The notes under the pieces are model-generated. The model did not search any database. It was not told the origin of the DNA and saw only the letters and a program-made list of their open reading frames with translations. A DNA stretch of 64,000 nucleotides from an uncultured Candidatus Rokubacteria bacterium (GTDB taxonomy: Bacteria; Methylomirabilota; Methylomirabilia; Rokubacteriales; DASRDR01), in assembly GCA_963826115.1 (NCBI GenBank), contig CAWGVS010000012.1, positions 816,118-880,117 on the forward strand, in the 5' to 3' direction. The translations under genes were made by a program, and so were the position numbers. Below, one piece after another: positions 23,550 through 33,028 of this stretch. Positions within the stretch are counted from its first letter, which is position 1; every line of letters starts with the position of its first letter.

Positions 23550-24971
23550 ATGACTCCCACGCCCGAGACCGCCAGCGCGACTCCGCCCGCGGCGCCCGCC
23601 GCGGCCCGCCGCACCCACGAGTTCTTCCTGGGCGAGGGCGTACCCGAGAGCGGGACCGAGAACCTGGTGGTGAACCTGGGGCCGTCGCATCCGGCCATGC
23701 ACGGCATCGTGCGGATCGTGACCGAGCTCGACGGGGAGCAGGTCGTGAAGACCGACGTGGAGATCGGCTACCTCCACCGGGCCTTCGAGAAGGAGTGCGA
23801 GATCGGGCCGTACAACGCGGCGATGCCGTACACGGACCGCCTGAACTACGTCTCGCCCCTCATCAACAACTTCGGCTACTGCTCGGCCATCGAGAAGCTC
23901 CTCGGGATCCAGACGACGGAGCGGTGCCAGTACATCCGGGTGATCCTGAGCGAGATCTCGCGCATCTCGGACCACCTGACGTGCGTCGGCGCCTCCGCGA
24001 TGGAGCTCGGCGCGTTCACCGTCTTCCTCTACATGATCAAGGCGCGCGAGTTCCTGTGGGAGGTGATCGAGGCCGTCACCGGCGCCCGGCTCACCATCTC
24101 TCACGGGCGGGTCGGCGGGCTCAAGGCGGATCTCCCGCCCGACTTCGAGCCGCGGATGCGCCGGGCGTTCGCCGAGACGCGGACGGTCCTCGAGGAGTCG
24201 CACCGGCTCCTCACGACGAACCGCATCTTCGTCGACCGGATGCAGGGCATCGGCATCCTCACACGGGACGAGGCGATCGCCTACGCGGTCACCGGGCCCC
24301 TGCTCCGCGCCTCGGGGGTGCCGTTCGACGTCCGGCGGGCGACCCCCTACTGGGTGTACGACCGGCTCGACTTCGAGATCCCGGTCGGCGAGACCGGCGA
24401 CAACTACGACCGCTACCTCGTCCGCATGGCCGAGATGGAGCAGTCGATGCGGATCGCCGAGCAGGCGCTGGCCCAGCTCCCCGGCGGCCCGGTGAACGTG
24501 GACCACGAGGGCCGGCCGTTCGCCGTGCCCGCGGAGTACGTCGACCGGGGCAAGCTCGGCAAGACCGAGGGGCTCCTCATCACCGACATCCGTCTCTCGC
24601 CCAACCTGGCCGGCCAGGAGCGGCGCCACCACACCCAGGTCAACGCCCCCGACAAGCGCGCCGTGCTCCCGCCCAAGGAGACGACGTACGGCTCGATCGA
24701 GGGCCTGATGAACCACTTCATGCTGATCATGGATGGCTTCGGGATCCGGCCGCCGCGGGGGGAGGCCTACTTCCCCGTGGAGGGCGCCAACGGGGAGCTC
24801 GGGTTCTACGTCGTGTCCGACGGGACCGACCGCCCGTACCGCGTCCGCTGCCGGCCGCCGTGCTTCCCGCCGATGGCGGCGCTCCACCGGATGCTCGAGG
24901 GCGGCCAGGTTGCCGACATCGTCCCGACCTTCGGCTCCGTCAACATGATCGGCGGAGAGCTCGACCGGTGA
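23550..24971 (+). CDS. nuoD: NADH-quinone oxidoreductase subunit D
   Basis: NLGPSHPAMHG, IGYLHR, DRLNY, GELG, C-terminal GELDR. Confidence 0.96.
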   Translation: MTPTPETASATPPAAPAAARRTHEFFLGEGVPESGTENLVVNLGPSHPAMHGIVRIVTELDGEQVVKTDVEIGYLHRAFEKECEIGPYNAAMPYTDRLNYVSPLINNFGYCSAIEKLLGIQTTERCQYIRVILSEISRISDHLTCVGASAMELGAFTVFLYMIKAREFLWEVIEAVTGARLTISHGRVGGLKADLPPDFEPRMRRAFAETRTVLEESHRLLTTNRIFVDRMQGIGILTRDEAIAYAVTGPLLRASGVPFDVRRATPYWVYDRLDFEIPVGETGDNYDRYLVRMAEMEQSMRIAEQALAQLPGGPVNVDHEGRPFAVPAEYVDRGKLGKTEGLLITDIRLSPNLAGQERRHHTQVNAPDKRAVLPPKETTYGSIEGLMNHFMLIMDGFGIRPPRGEAYFPVEGANGELGFYVVSDGTDRPYRVRCRPPCFPPMAALHRMLEGGQVADIVPTFGSVNMIGGELDR

Positions 24972-25462
24972 GCGCGCCGGCGACCGGGGCTCCGGTCCGC
25001 TTCTCGGCGGCCCAGGTCGCCGAGGTGCGGCGGCTCCAGGCCCTCTACCCCGAGCGGCAGGCGGCGCTCCTCCCGGTCCTCCGCATGGCCCAGGAGGCCT
25101 TCGGCTACGTCTCCCCCGAGGTCGAGGTGGCGGTGGCGGAGCTCTTCGAGATCTCGCCCGCCCACGTCCACGAGGTCGTCACCTTCTACACGCTGTTCTT
25201 CCAGCGGCCGGTCGGGCGGCACGTGATCTCGGTCTGCCACAACCTCTCGTGCTCGCTCCGCGGGGCGGAGGACATCGTCGCCCACCTGGAGGCACGGCTC
25301 GGGATCGCCGCGGGGGAGACGACGCCCGACGGGCGCGTGACGCTCTTCCGGGTCGAGTGCCTCTGCGCCTGCGAGGTCGCGCCGATGATGCAGGTGGACG
25401 AGGACTACGTGGGTCCCCTCGACCGCGCGGCCGTCGATCGCGCCCTGGACGGCCTCCGGTGA
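24968..25462 (+). CDS. nuoE: NADH-quinone oxidoreductase subunit E
   Basis: ALLPVL..AQ, VVTFY, CHNLSC...ECLCAC (2Fe-2S N1a). Confidence 0.94.
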   Translation: MSAPATGAPVRFSAAQVAEVRRLQALYPERQAALLPVLRMAQEAFGYVSPEVEVAVAELFEISPAHVHEVVTFYTLFFQRPVGRHVISVCHNLSCSLRGAEDIVAHLEARLGIAAGETTPDGRVTLFRVECLCACEVAPMMQVDEDYVGPLDRAAVDRALDGLR

Positions 25463-26757
25463 CCGAGCCGGTCCTCTCGCGCCACTTCGACCGGCCGGAG
25501 GCGCGAACGCTCGACGGCTACCGCGCCGCGGGCGGCTACGAGGCGCTCCGGAAGGCGCTGGCGCTCGGCCCCGAGGGCATCGCGGCCGAGGTCAAGAAGG
25601 CGAACCTCCGGGGGCTCGGCGGCGCCGGGTTCCCGACCGCCACCAAGTGGGGCTTCATCCCCGCGAAGCGCACCGGCCCCGTGTACCTCGTCGTCAACGC
25701 CGACGAGGGGGAGCCGGGGACGTTCAAGGACCGCTACATCCTCGAGCGCGACCCCCACGCCCTCATCGAGGGGATGCTGATCGCGGCCTACGCGATCGGC
25801 TGCCACACGTCCTTCATCTACATCCGCGGCGAGTACGTGCAGCCATGGCGGGTCTTTTCGGAGGCCGTCCGGGCGGCCGAGGCCGCGGGGCTCCTCGGCG
25901 ACAACGTCCTCGGCGCGGGCTTCGCGCACCGCATGGTCGTCCACCGGGGCGCGGGCGCCTACATCTGCGGCGAGGAGACGGGGCTCATCTCCTCCCTCGA
26001 GGGCAAGAAGGGGTGGCCGAAGGTCAAGCCGCCGTTCCCGGCGATCAAGGGCGCCTTCGGCCAGCCGACGGTCGTCAACAACGTCGAGACGCTCGCCGCG
26101 GTGCCGCACATCATCGCGCGCGGCGGGGAATGGTTCGCCGGGCTCGGCTCGAAGACCCAGGGCGGGACCCGGCTCTACTCGGTCTCGGGCCACGTGACGC
26201 GGCCGGGCGTCTACGAGACGTCGGTCGGCATCACGCTCCGCGAGCTGATCGAGCGCGCGGGCGGGGTGGCGAACGGGCGCCGGCTGAAGGCGGTGGTGCC
26301 GGGCGGCTCGTCGGCGCCGATCCTCACCGCGGACCAGATCGACGTGACCATGGACGTCGACGGGCTCCGCAACGCGGGGACGATGGCGGGCTCCGCGGGC
26401 GTCGTCGTGATGGACGACACGACGTGCATTCCCGAGGCGCTCCACGTGGTCGCCCGCTTCTACGCCCACGAGTCCTGCGGGCAGTGCACGCCGTGCCGGG
26501 AGTGCACCGGGTGGATCTACAAGATCACCGGCCGCATCCTCGCCGGGAAGGGCGTGCCCCAGGACCCGGACACGATCGTGGACGTCGCCAAGCGCGGCGC
26601 CGGGAGCACGATCTGCGCCTTCTACGACGGGGCGATCGGCCCGTACATCTCGTACGTCGAGAAGTTCCGGGCCGAGTTCGACCACCACGTTCGCCACGGC
26701 GCCTGCGATCTCCGACCTGGGCGGCCGGGGGCGAACGCGCCCGCCCGGGCGCACTGA
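25459..26757 (+). CDS. nuoF: NADH-quinone oxidoreductase subunit F
   Basis: GAGFPT, NADEGEPGTFKDR, GAGAYICGEE, ESCGQCTPCRE. Confidence 0.96.
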   Translation: MTEPVLSRHFDRPEARTLDGYRAAGGYEALRKALALGPEGIAAEVKKANLRGLGGAGFPTATKWGFIPAKRTGPVYLVVNADEGEPGTFKDRYILERDPHALIEGMLIAAYAIGCHTSFIYIRGEYVQPWRVFSEAVRAAEAAGLLGDNVLGAGFAHRMVVHRGAGAYICGEETGLISSLEGKKGWPKVKPPFPAIKGAFGQPTVVNNVETLAAVPHIIARGGEWFAGLGSKTQGGTRLYSVSGHVTRPGVYETSVGITLRELIERAGGVANGRRLKAVVPGGSSAPILTADQIDVTMDVDGLRNAGTMAGSAGVVVMDDTTCIPEALHVVARFYAHESCGQCTPCRECTGWIYKITGRILAGKGVPQDPDTIVDVAKRGAGSTICAFYDGAIGPYISYVEKFRAEFDHHVRHGACDLRPGRPGANAPARAH

Positions 26758-26764
26758 GACCCGC

Positions 26765-28381
26765 ATGCCCAAGCTGACGGTCGACGGCAAGGAGATCGAG
26801 GTCCCCGCGGGGACGAACCTCATCGAGGCGGCGCGCCGGCTCGGGATCGAGGTCCCGCACTACTGCTACCATCCGGGGCTCCCGATCGCCGGCGCCTGCC
26901 GCCTCTGCATGGTGGACCTCGAGAAGGCGCCGCGGCCCACGATCGCCTGCAACACGCAGGCGGCCGACGGGATGGTGGTGATGACCCAGACGCCGCGGGT
27001 GCTCGAGCTCCGGCGCTCGGTCATGGAGTGGCACCTCGTCAACCACCCGCTCGACTGCCCGGTGTGCGACCAGGCCGGCGAGTGCTGGCTGCAGATCTAC
27101 TACATGCAGCACGGGCTCTACGAGCCCCGGATGATCGACGACAAGGTCCACAAGCCCAAGGCCGTGCCCATCGGGCCGCACGTCATGCTGGACGCGGAGC
27201 GCTGCATCCTCTGCTCGCGCTGCGTCCGCTTCTGCGACACGATCACGAAGACGGGCGAGCTCGGGATCTTCAACCGGGGCGACCACTCGGAGCTGGGCCT
27301 GTTCCCCGGCACCACGCTCGACAACGCCTACTCCGGCAACGTGGTCGACATCTGCCCGGTGGGCGCGCTCACCGACCGCGACTTCCGCTTCCAGGCGCGC
27401 GTCTGGTACCTCGACCGCGCGAAGTCGGTCTGCCCGGGGTGCGCCCGCGGCTGCAACATCGAGGTCCACACCAACACCAAGCGCGCCCATCACGCGCAGG
27501 GCCGCCGCGTCGTCCGGCTGAAGCCCCGGTTCAATGCCGACGTGAACCAGTGGTGGATCTGCGACGAGGGGCGGTACGGCTTCGGCGACGTCGACGCCCC
27601 GACCCGGATCGAGCGGCCGGAGCTTCGCGAGAGTGGGACGCCGCGGGTCCTCACGTGGGAGGAGGCCGTGGCCGCGGCGGCGGACGGGCTCCGCGCGGCG
27701 GGCCCCGAGGGCACGGGGGTCCTCCTGTCCGCGCGGATGTCGAACGAGGACCTCTGGGTCGCCCGGCGCCTGTTCCGGGACGCCCTCGGCGCGACCCACG
27801 TGGACTTCCGGGTGCCGCCGGCCGCCCCGGGCTCGGCGGACACGCTCCTCCGGGTGGCCGACAAGACACCCAACACGCAGGGGGCGACGCTCCTCGGCTG
27901 CGGACGGGCGGGTGCGGCCGACGGCCAGCACGTGCTCGACGCCGCGCGGGCGGGCCGGCTCCGGCTCCTGTGGATCTTCGACCACGACCTCCTCGAGTCG
28001 GGCTGGCCCCGCGCGGAGGTCGAGGAGGCCCTCGCCCGGGTCGAGGGCGTGGTCTTCCAGGGCCCGACCGCCAACGGGACGAGCGCGCGGGCGCACCTCG
28101 TCCTGCCGAGCGCCGCCTACGTGGAGCGCGAGGGCACGTGGACGAACGTGACGGGCCGGGTCCAGCGGTTCTGGCGGGCGGTCTTCCCGCGCGGCGAGGC
28201 GCGGCCCGACTGGGAGACGCTCGGCGCCGTGGCCCGCGCCCTCGGCCACCCGGCGCCGCCGCCGCGCGCCGCCGCCGTCTTCGACGCGCTCGCGGCCGAG
28301 ACGCCGGCGTTCGCGGGGTTGAGCTACCGCGCGCTGGGCGACCACGGCGCCGACGTCGCCGCCGGGGCCGGGGCCCGATGA
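26765..28381 (+). CDS. nuoG: NADH-quinone oxidoreductase subunit G (short form, 538 aa)
   Basis: CYHP..GACRLC, NHPLDCPVCDQAGEC, RCILCSRCVRFC, CPVGAL, CPGCARGC. Confidence 0.9.
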   Translation: MPKLTVDGKEIEVPAGTNLIEAARRLGIEVPHYCYHPGLPIAGACRLCMVDLEKAPRPTIACNTQAADGMVVMTQTPRVLELRRSVMEWHLVNHPLDCPVCDQAGECWLQIYYMQHGLYEPRMIDDKVHKPKAVPIGPHVMLDAERCILCSRCVRFCDTITKTGELGIFNRGDHSELGLFPGTTLDNAYSGNVVDICPVGALTDRDFRFQARVWYLDRAKSVCPGCARGCNIEVHTNTKRAHHAQGRRVVRLKPRFNADVNQWWICDEGRYGFGDVDAPTRIERPELRESGTPRVLTWEEAVAAAADGLRAAGPEGTGVLLSARMSNEDLWVARRLFRDALGATHVDFRVPPAAPGSADTLLRVADKTPNTQGATLLGCGRAGAADGQHVLDAARAGRLRLLWIFDHDLLESGWPRAEVEEALARVEGVVFQGPTANGTSARAHLVLPSAAYVEREGTWTNVTGRVQRFWRAVFPRGEARPDWETLGAVARALGHPAPPPRAAAVFDALAAETPAFAGLSYRALGDHGADVAAGAGAR

Positions 28382-28400
28382 GCGCGGGGGCGCGCCGGGC

Positions 28401-29486
28401 GTGAGCGGCGTCGTGGTCGACCTCGGCATCGCCTTCGCGCGCGTCGCCTTCGTGATGGGCTTCGTGCTGAACCTGGGCGGCCTCCTCACCTGGGTCGAGC
28501 GCAAGCAGTCCGCGGTCATGCAGGACCGGATCGGCGCGAACCGCGCGTCCATCCTGGGTCTCCGGCTGTTCGGGCTGTTCCACCCGCTGGCGGACGCGAT
28601 CAAGATGCTGACCAAGGAAGACTTCATGCCGGCCCGCGCGGACCGGGTGCTCTTCCTGGCGGCGCCGGTGGTGTCGGTCTTCTTCGCGCTCTCCGGCTTC
28701 GCGACGATCCCGTTCGGCGACGTCCTCCAGGTCGGGGGGCGGGAGATCTCCCTCCAGGCGGTGGAGCTCAACGCGGGGATCCTCTACGTCTTCGCGATGC
28801 TGTCGATGGGCGTCTACGGCGTGGTGCTGGCCGGCTGGGCCTCCGCCAACAACTTCGCCCTCCTGGGGGGCCAGCGCGCGGCGGCGCTGATGATCTCGGC
28901 GGAGGTCGCGATCGGCGCGTCGATCATGGGCGTCTGCATGGTCTACGGCTCGCTCGACCTCCAGGAGATCGCGCGCGGCCAGGGGGCGTACTGGGGCGGC
29001 GTGATCCCCAAGTGGGGCCTCTTCACGCAGCCGCTCGGGTTCATCCTGTTCCTGGTCGCCGGCATCGCCACCACCAAGCGGGCCCCGTTCGACTTCCCGG
29101 AAGGCGAGTCCGAGATCATCGGCTACAACGTCGAGTACAGCGGCATGAAGTTCGGCATGTTCCTGATGGCCGACTTCGTCGAGACCGTCGTGGTGGCCGG
29201 GATGACGACCGCGCTCTTTCTGGGCGGCTGGCAGGTGCCCTGGCTCTTTCGCGACGGCTTCCACCTGCCGGGTGGGCTCACGATCGTGCTGCCGCAGCTC
29301 GTGGTGGCGCTCCTCCAGGTCGGGGCCTTCGTGACCAAGGTGGTCGCCATGGTCTGGTTCCTGATGCTGGTCCGGTGGACGCTGCCCCGCTTCCGGTACG
29401 ACCAGGCGATGCGGCTCGGGTGGCTCGGCCTCCTGCCGCTGGCGATCCTCAACATCGTCGTGACGGCCGCGGTGCTGCTCTTCTAG
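28401..29486 (+). CDS. nuoH: NADH-quinone oxidoreductase subunit H
   Basis: ERK..A.MQDRIG.NR, ADAIKML.KE, R.PFD.PEGESE, RWTLPRFRYDQ. Confidence 0.96.
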   Translation: MSGVVVDLGIAFARVAFVMGFVLNLGGLLTWVERKQSAVMQDRIGANRASILGLRLFGLFHPLADAIKMLTKEDFMPARADRVLFLAAPVVSVFFALSGFATIPFGDVLQVGGREISLQAVELNAGILYVFAMLSMGVYGVVLAGWASANNFALLGGQRAAALMISAEVAIGASIMGVCMVYGSLDLQEIARGQGAYWGGVIPKWGLFTQPLGFILFLVAGIATTKRAPFDFPEGESEIIGYNVEYSGMKFGMFLMADFVETVVVAGMTTALFLGGWQVPWLFRDGFHLPGGLTIVLPQLVVALLQVGAFVTKVVAMVWFLMLVRWTLPRFRYDQAMRLGWLGLLPLAILNIVVTAAVLLF

Positions 29487-29499
29487 CGAGGCGACGAGC

Positions 29500-30093
29500 A
29501 TGGCGAGCGCGCTCCCGTCCCCCCCGCCGCCGAAGGTCCTCCACGTCCGCCGGCAGGTCGCGACCAGCCCGCGCCAGCGCTTCTACCTGGCCGAGATCCT
29601 CGTCGGCCTCCGGGTGACCGCGGCGCACTTCGTCCGCAACATGGGCCTGTGGGTGCGCGGCCGGAAGGGCGCGGTGACCTACCAGTGGCCGGAGGAGCGG
29701 CGGCCGCTCGCGACCCGGCTCCGGAGCCTCCATCGCCTGGTGCGACGGGACGACGGGTCGCCCCGGTGCGTCGCGTGCATGATGTGCGAGACGGTGTGCC
29801 CCGCGCACTGCATCTACATCGTGGCGGGCGAGCACCCGAACCCGGACATCGAGAAGTACCCGACGCGGTTCGACATCGACCTCGGCAAGTGCGTGTTCTG
29901 CGGGTTCTGCGTGGAAGCCTGTCCGGAGGACGCGATCCGGATGGACACGGGCATCCTCGAGTTCTCGAGCTTCAGCCGGGAGGGCCTCGTCTACCCGAAG
30001 GAGGTGCTGCTCGCGCTGGAGCCGGCCGGGGCCGATGGACTCCCGACCATGGCGCCGCCGGCGGCGCTGGTCCGCCGGGGGTTCGAGGGATGA
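29500..30093 (+). CDS. nuoI: NADH-quinone oxidoreductase subunit I
   Basis: CVACMMCETVCP and CVFCGFCVEACP (2x 4Fe-4S). Confidence 0.95.
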   Translation: MASALPSPPPPKVLHVRRQVATSPRQRFYLAEILVGLRVTAAHFVRNMGLWVRGRKGAVTYQWPEERRPLATRLRSLHRLVRRDDGSPRCVACMMCETVCPAHCIYIVAGEHPNPDIEKYPTRFDIDLGKCVFCGFCVEACPEDAIRMDTGILEFSSFSREGLVYPKEVLLALEPAGADGLPTMAPPAALVRRGFEG

Positions 30094-30139
30094 ATTCCGT
30101 GCTCGTCGTCACCGCCGCGCCGGGAGCGCCCGGCCAGTG

Positions 30140-30631
30140 ATGGAGTGGCTCGTGTTCATCCTGGTCGCGGTGGCGGCCATCGGCACCGCGCTCGGGCTGG
30201 TGATCCGGCCGAACCCCCTCCACGGGGCGCTCTTTCTCGTCGGGAACCTGTTCTGCGTCGCGGTCCTGTACCTCATGCTCCGCGCGGAGTTCCTCGCTCT
30301 CGCCCAGGTGATCGTCTACGCGGGGGCGATCATGGTGCTCTTCATCTTCGCGATAATGCTGCTGATTCCCGGCCGCGCCGAGGCGGGCCCGGATCCGCTC
30401 GCGCGGGCCCGCCGGCTCGCGCTGCCGCTGGCGGCCGTGTTCGGGATCGTGATCGTGCTGGTGGTCGGCCGCACCGGCGGCCCGACCGGGGCGGCGCCCC
30501 CCGGCGGGGCCGGGCCCATCGGCCGGCTCCTGTTCACCGACTACCTGTTCCCGTTCGAGGTGACCTCGCTCCTGCTCCTGGCGGCGCTGGTCGGGGCCCT
30601 CACCTTGGCCAAGCGCCGGCCGAGCGCGTGA
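30140..30631 (+). CDS. nuoJ: NADH-quinone oxidoreductase subunit J
   Basis: [33 protein letters not shown]. Confidence 0.94.
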   Translation: MEWLVFILVAVAAIGTALGLVIRPNPLHGALFLVGNLFCVAVLYLMLRAEFLALAQVIVYAGAIMVLFIFAIMLLIPGRAEAGPDPLARARRLALPLAAVFGIVIVLVVGRTGGPTGAAPPGGAGPIGRLLFTDYLFPFEVTSLLLLAALVGALTLAKRRPSA

Positions 30632-30636
30632 GCGAC

Positions 30637-30942
30637 ATGGCCGTCCCGCCGGCGTACTATGTCGGATTGTCGGCGATCTTGTTCACGATCGGCGTGGTGG
30701 GCGTCCTCGTCCGGCGCAACCCGCTGGTCATCTTCATGTCGATCGAGCTCATGCTGAACGCCGCGAACCTGGCGTTCGTGGCCTTCGGGCGCGCCCACGG
30801 CACGGCCGCCGGGCAGATCATCGTGTTCTTCGTGATGACGGTCGCGGCGGCCGAGGTCGCGGTCGGGCTGGCCATCATCGTGGCGATCTTCCGGGCCCGC
30901 TTCCGGATCAACGTCGACGACCTGGCGTTGATGCGCTGGTGA
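30637..30942 (+). CDS. nuoK: NADH-quinone oxidoreductase subunit K
   Basis: RRN....[22 protein letters not shown]. An in-frame GTG at 30628 is an alternative start. Confidence 0.95.
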   Translation: MAVPPAYYVGLSAILFTIGVVGVLVRRNPLVIFMSIELMLNAANLAFVAFGRAHGTAAGQIIVFFVMTVAAAEVAVGLAIIVAIFRARFRINVDDLALMRW

Positions 30943-30977
30943 GACCCGGGGGCGCGTCCGACAAGGGAGGCGAGAGA

Positions 30978-31976
30978 GTGGCGACGACGGGATCCGTGGC
31001 AGGGGCGGTCGCCCGCGGGGATGTCGCGGTCGGGCTCGCGCTCCTCGAGCAGATGCAGCTCATCCGGCGGTTCGAGGAGAAGGCGGCCGAGATGTACGCC
31101 CTCGGCAAGATCGGGGGCTTCCTCCACCTCTACATCGGGCAGGAGGCGGTCGCAGTGGGGGCGATGTCCACCCTCCGCCCCGACGACTACGCCATCGCGG
31201 GCTACCGGGAGCACGGGCACATCCTCGCCAAGGGCGGCGACCCGCGGCGGATCATGGCCGAGCTCTTCGGACGCCGGGACGGCGTGTCCAAGGGCAAGGG
31301 CGGCTCGATGCACATGTTCGACCGCGCCATCAACTTCCTCGGCGGCCACGCGATCGTCGGGGGCTACCTGCCCATCGCCACCGGCGTCGGCTTCGCGATC
31401 CGCTACGAGGATCGGGACCGGGTGATCCTCTGCTTCTTCGGCGACGGCTCGGTGCCCCAGGGCGAGTTCCACGAGTCGATGAACCTGGCGTCCCTCTGGA
31501 AGCTGCCGGTCGTCTTCATCTGCGAGAACAACCGCTACGCCATGGGGACTGCCATCCAGCGGGCGCTCGCGCAGACGGACATCACGAAGTTCGCCGCGGC
31601 GTATGCGATGCCCGGCGAGGCCTGCGACGGCATGGACGTGCTGGCGGTGCGGGAGTGCGTCGGGCGCGCGGTGGCGCGGGCCCGGGAGAGCAAGACGCCG
31701 ACGCTCGTGGAGGCGCGGACCTACCGGTTCCGGGGGCATTCCATGCGGGATCCCGCGGCGGCCGTGTATCGCACGAAGGACGAGGTCGAGGAGGAGAAGC
31801 GTCGCGATCCGATCGTCGCCCTGCGCGAGCGGCTCCGCGGGGCCGGCCGGCTCGACGAGGCGGCCTGGGACGCGCTGGTCGAGCGGGTGGAGGCGCGCGT
31901 CAACGATGCGGTGGCATTCGCCGACGCCTCGCCGGAGCCGCCGGCGGAGTGGCTGACCGCGGACGTCTACGCGTGA
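30978..31976 (+). CDS. pdhA: Pyruvate dehydrogenase E1 alpha subunit
   Basis: KIGGFLHLYIGQEA, GKGGSMH, GDG...ENN TPP motif, TYRFRGHSM.DP. SD GGGAGG before GTG 30978. Confidence 0.93.
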   Translation: MATTGSVAGAVARGDVAVGLALLEQMQLIRRFEEKAAEMYALGKIGGFLHLYIGQEAVAVGAMSTLRPDDYAIAGYREHGHILAKGGDPRRIMAELFGRRDGVSKGKGGSMHMFDRAINFLGGHAIVGGYLPIATGVGFAIRYEDRDRVILCFFGDGSVPQGEFHESMNLASLWKLPVVFICENNRYAMGTAIQRALAQTDITKFAAAYAMPGEACDGMDVLAVRECVGRAVARARESKTPTLVEARTYRFRGHSMRDPAAAVYRTKDEVEEEKRRDPIVALRERLRGAGRLDEAAWDALVERVEARVNDAVAFADASPEPPAEWLTADVYA

Positions 31977-32016
31977 GGCGCGGCCGGGATCGGGGCGCGC
32001 GGAGAGGGAGGCGGGC

Positions 32017-33000
32017 ATGGCGGTGATCACGTACCGGGAGGCGCTGAACCACGCCCTGCGCGAGGAGATGGAGCGGGACGACCGGGTGTTCCTGGTCGGC
32101 GAGGAAGTCGGCGTCTACGGCGGCGCCTACAAGGTGAGCCAGGGGCTCCTCGAGAAGTTCGGCGAGCGACGCGTCGTGGACACGCCCATCTGCGAGTCCG
32201 GGTTCACGGGAGTCGGGATCGGCGCCGCGATGATGGGGCTCCGGCCCATCGTCGAGATGATGACCTTTAACTTCGCGCTGGTGGCGCTCGACCAGATCGT
32301 CAATCACGCCGCGAAGCTCTTCTACATGTCGGGCGGCCAGTTCCCGATCCCGATGGTGATCCGCGGGCCGGGGGGGCCGGCCCACCAGCTGGCCGCGCAG
32401 CACTCACAGTCGATGGAGTCGTACTTCTGCCACGTGCCCGGGCTGAAGGTGGTGCGCCCGACGACGCCACGCGACGCCAAGGGGCTCCTGAAGAGCGCGA
32501 TCCGGGACAACAACCCGGTGATCTTCATCGAGTCGGAGACGCTGTACGGCGTCAAGGGCGAGGTGCCCGACGACGCCGACTTCCTGATCCCGCTCGGCGT
32601 CGCCGAGGTCAAGCGCGAGGGGCGCGACGTGACGGTCATCGCCTACTCGGGCATGTACTACCGGGTGCTGGAGGCGGCGGCGGAGGTCGAGAAGTCCGAC
32701 GGCATCTCGGTCGAGGTCGTCGACCCCCGCACGCTCCGCCCGATGGACTTCGACACCATCCTGGAGTCGGTGCGGAAGACCCACCGGGTCCTGGTCGCGG
32801 AGTCCGGCGCCGGCTTCGCGGGCATGGGATCGGAGATCGCGGCGTACATCACCGAGCACGCATTCGACGAGCTGGACGCGCCGGTCGAGCGGGTCTTCGG
32901 CGCCGACGCGCCCATGCCGTACGCGAAGAATCTCGAGCGGTTGAAGACGCCATCCAAGGAGCGGATCATCGACGAGCTGCGCAAGCTCTGCTCCGTTTGA
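32017..33000 (+). CDS. pdhB: Pyruvate dehydrogenase E1 beta subunit
   Basis: GEEVG.Y.GAYKVS, DTPI.E, AAQHSQ, PMPYA.NLE. Confidence 0.94.
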   Translation: MAVITYREALNHALREEMERDDRVFLVGEEVGVYGGAYKVSQGLLEKFGERRVVDTPICESGFTGVGIGAAMMGLRPIVEMMTFNFALVALDQIVNHAAKLFYMSGGQFPIPMVIRGPGGPAHQLAAQHSQSMESYFCHVPGLKVVRPTTPRDAKGLLKSAIRDNNPVIFIESETLYGVKGEVPDDADFLIPLGVAEVKREGRDVTVIAYSGMYYRVLEAAAEVEKSDGISVEVVDPRTLRPMDFDTILESVRKTHRVLVAESGAGFAGMGSEIAAYITEHAFDELDAPVERVFGADAPMPYAKNLERLKTPSKERIIDELRKLCSV

Positions 33001-33028
33001 CTGGACTCCCGAGGAGGGTGAGCGGGCC

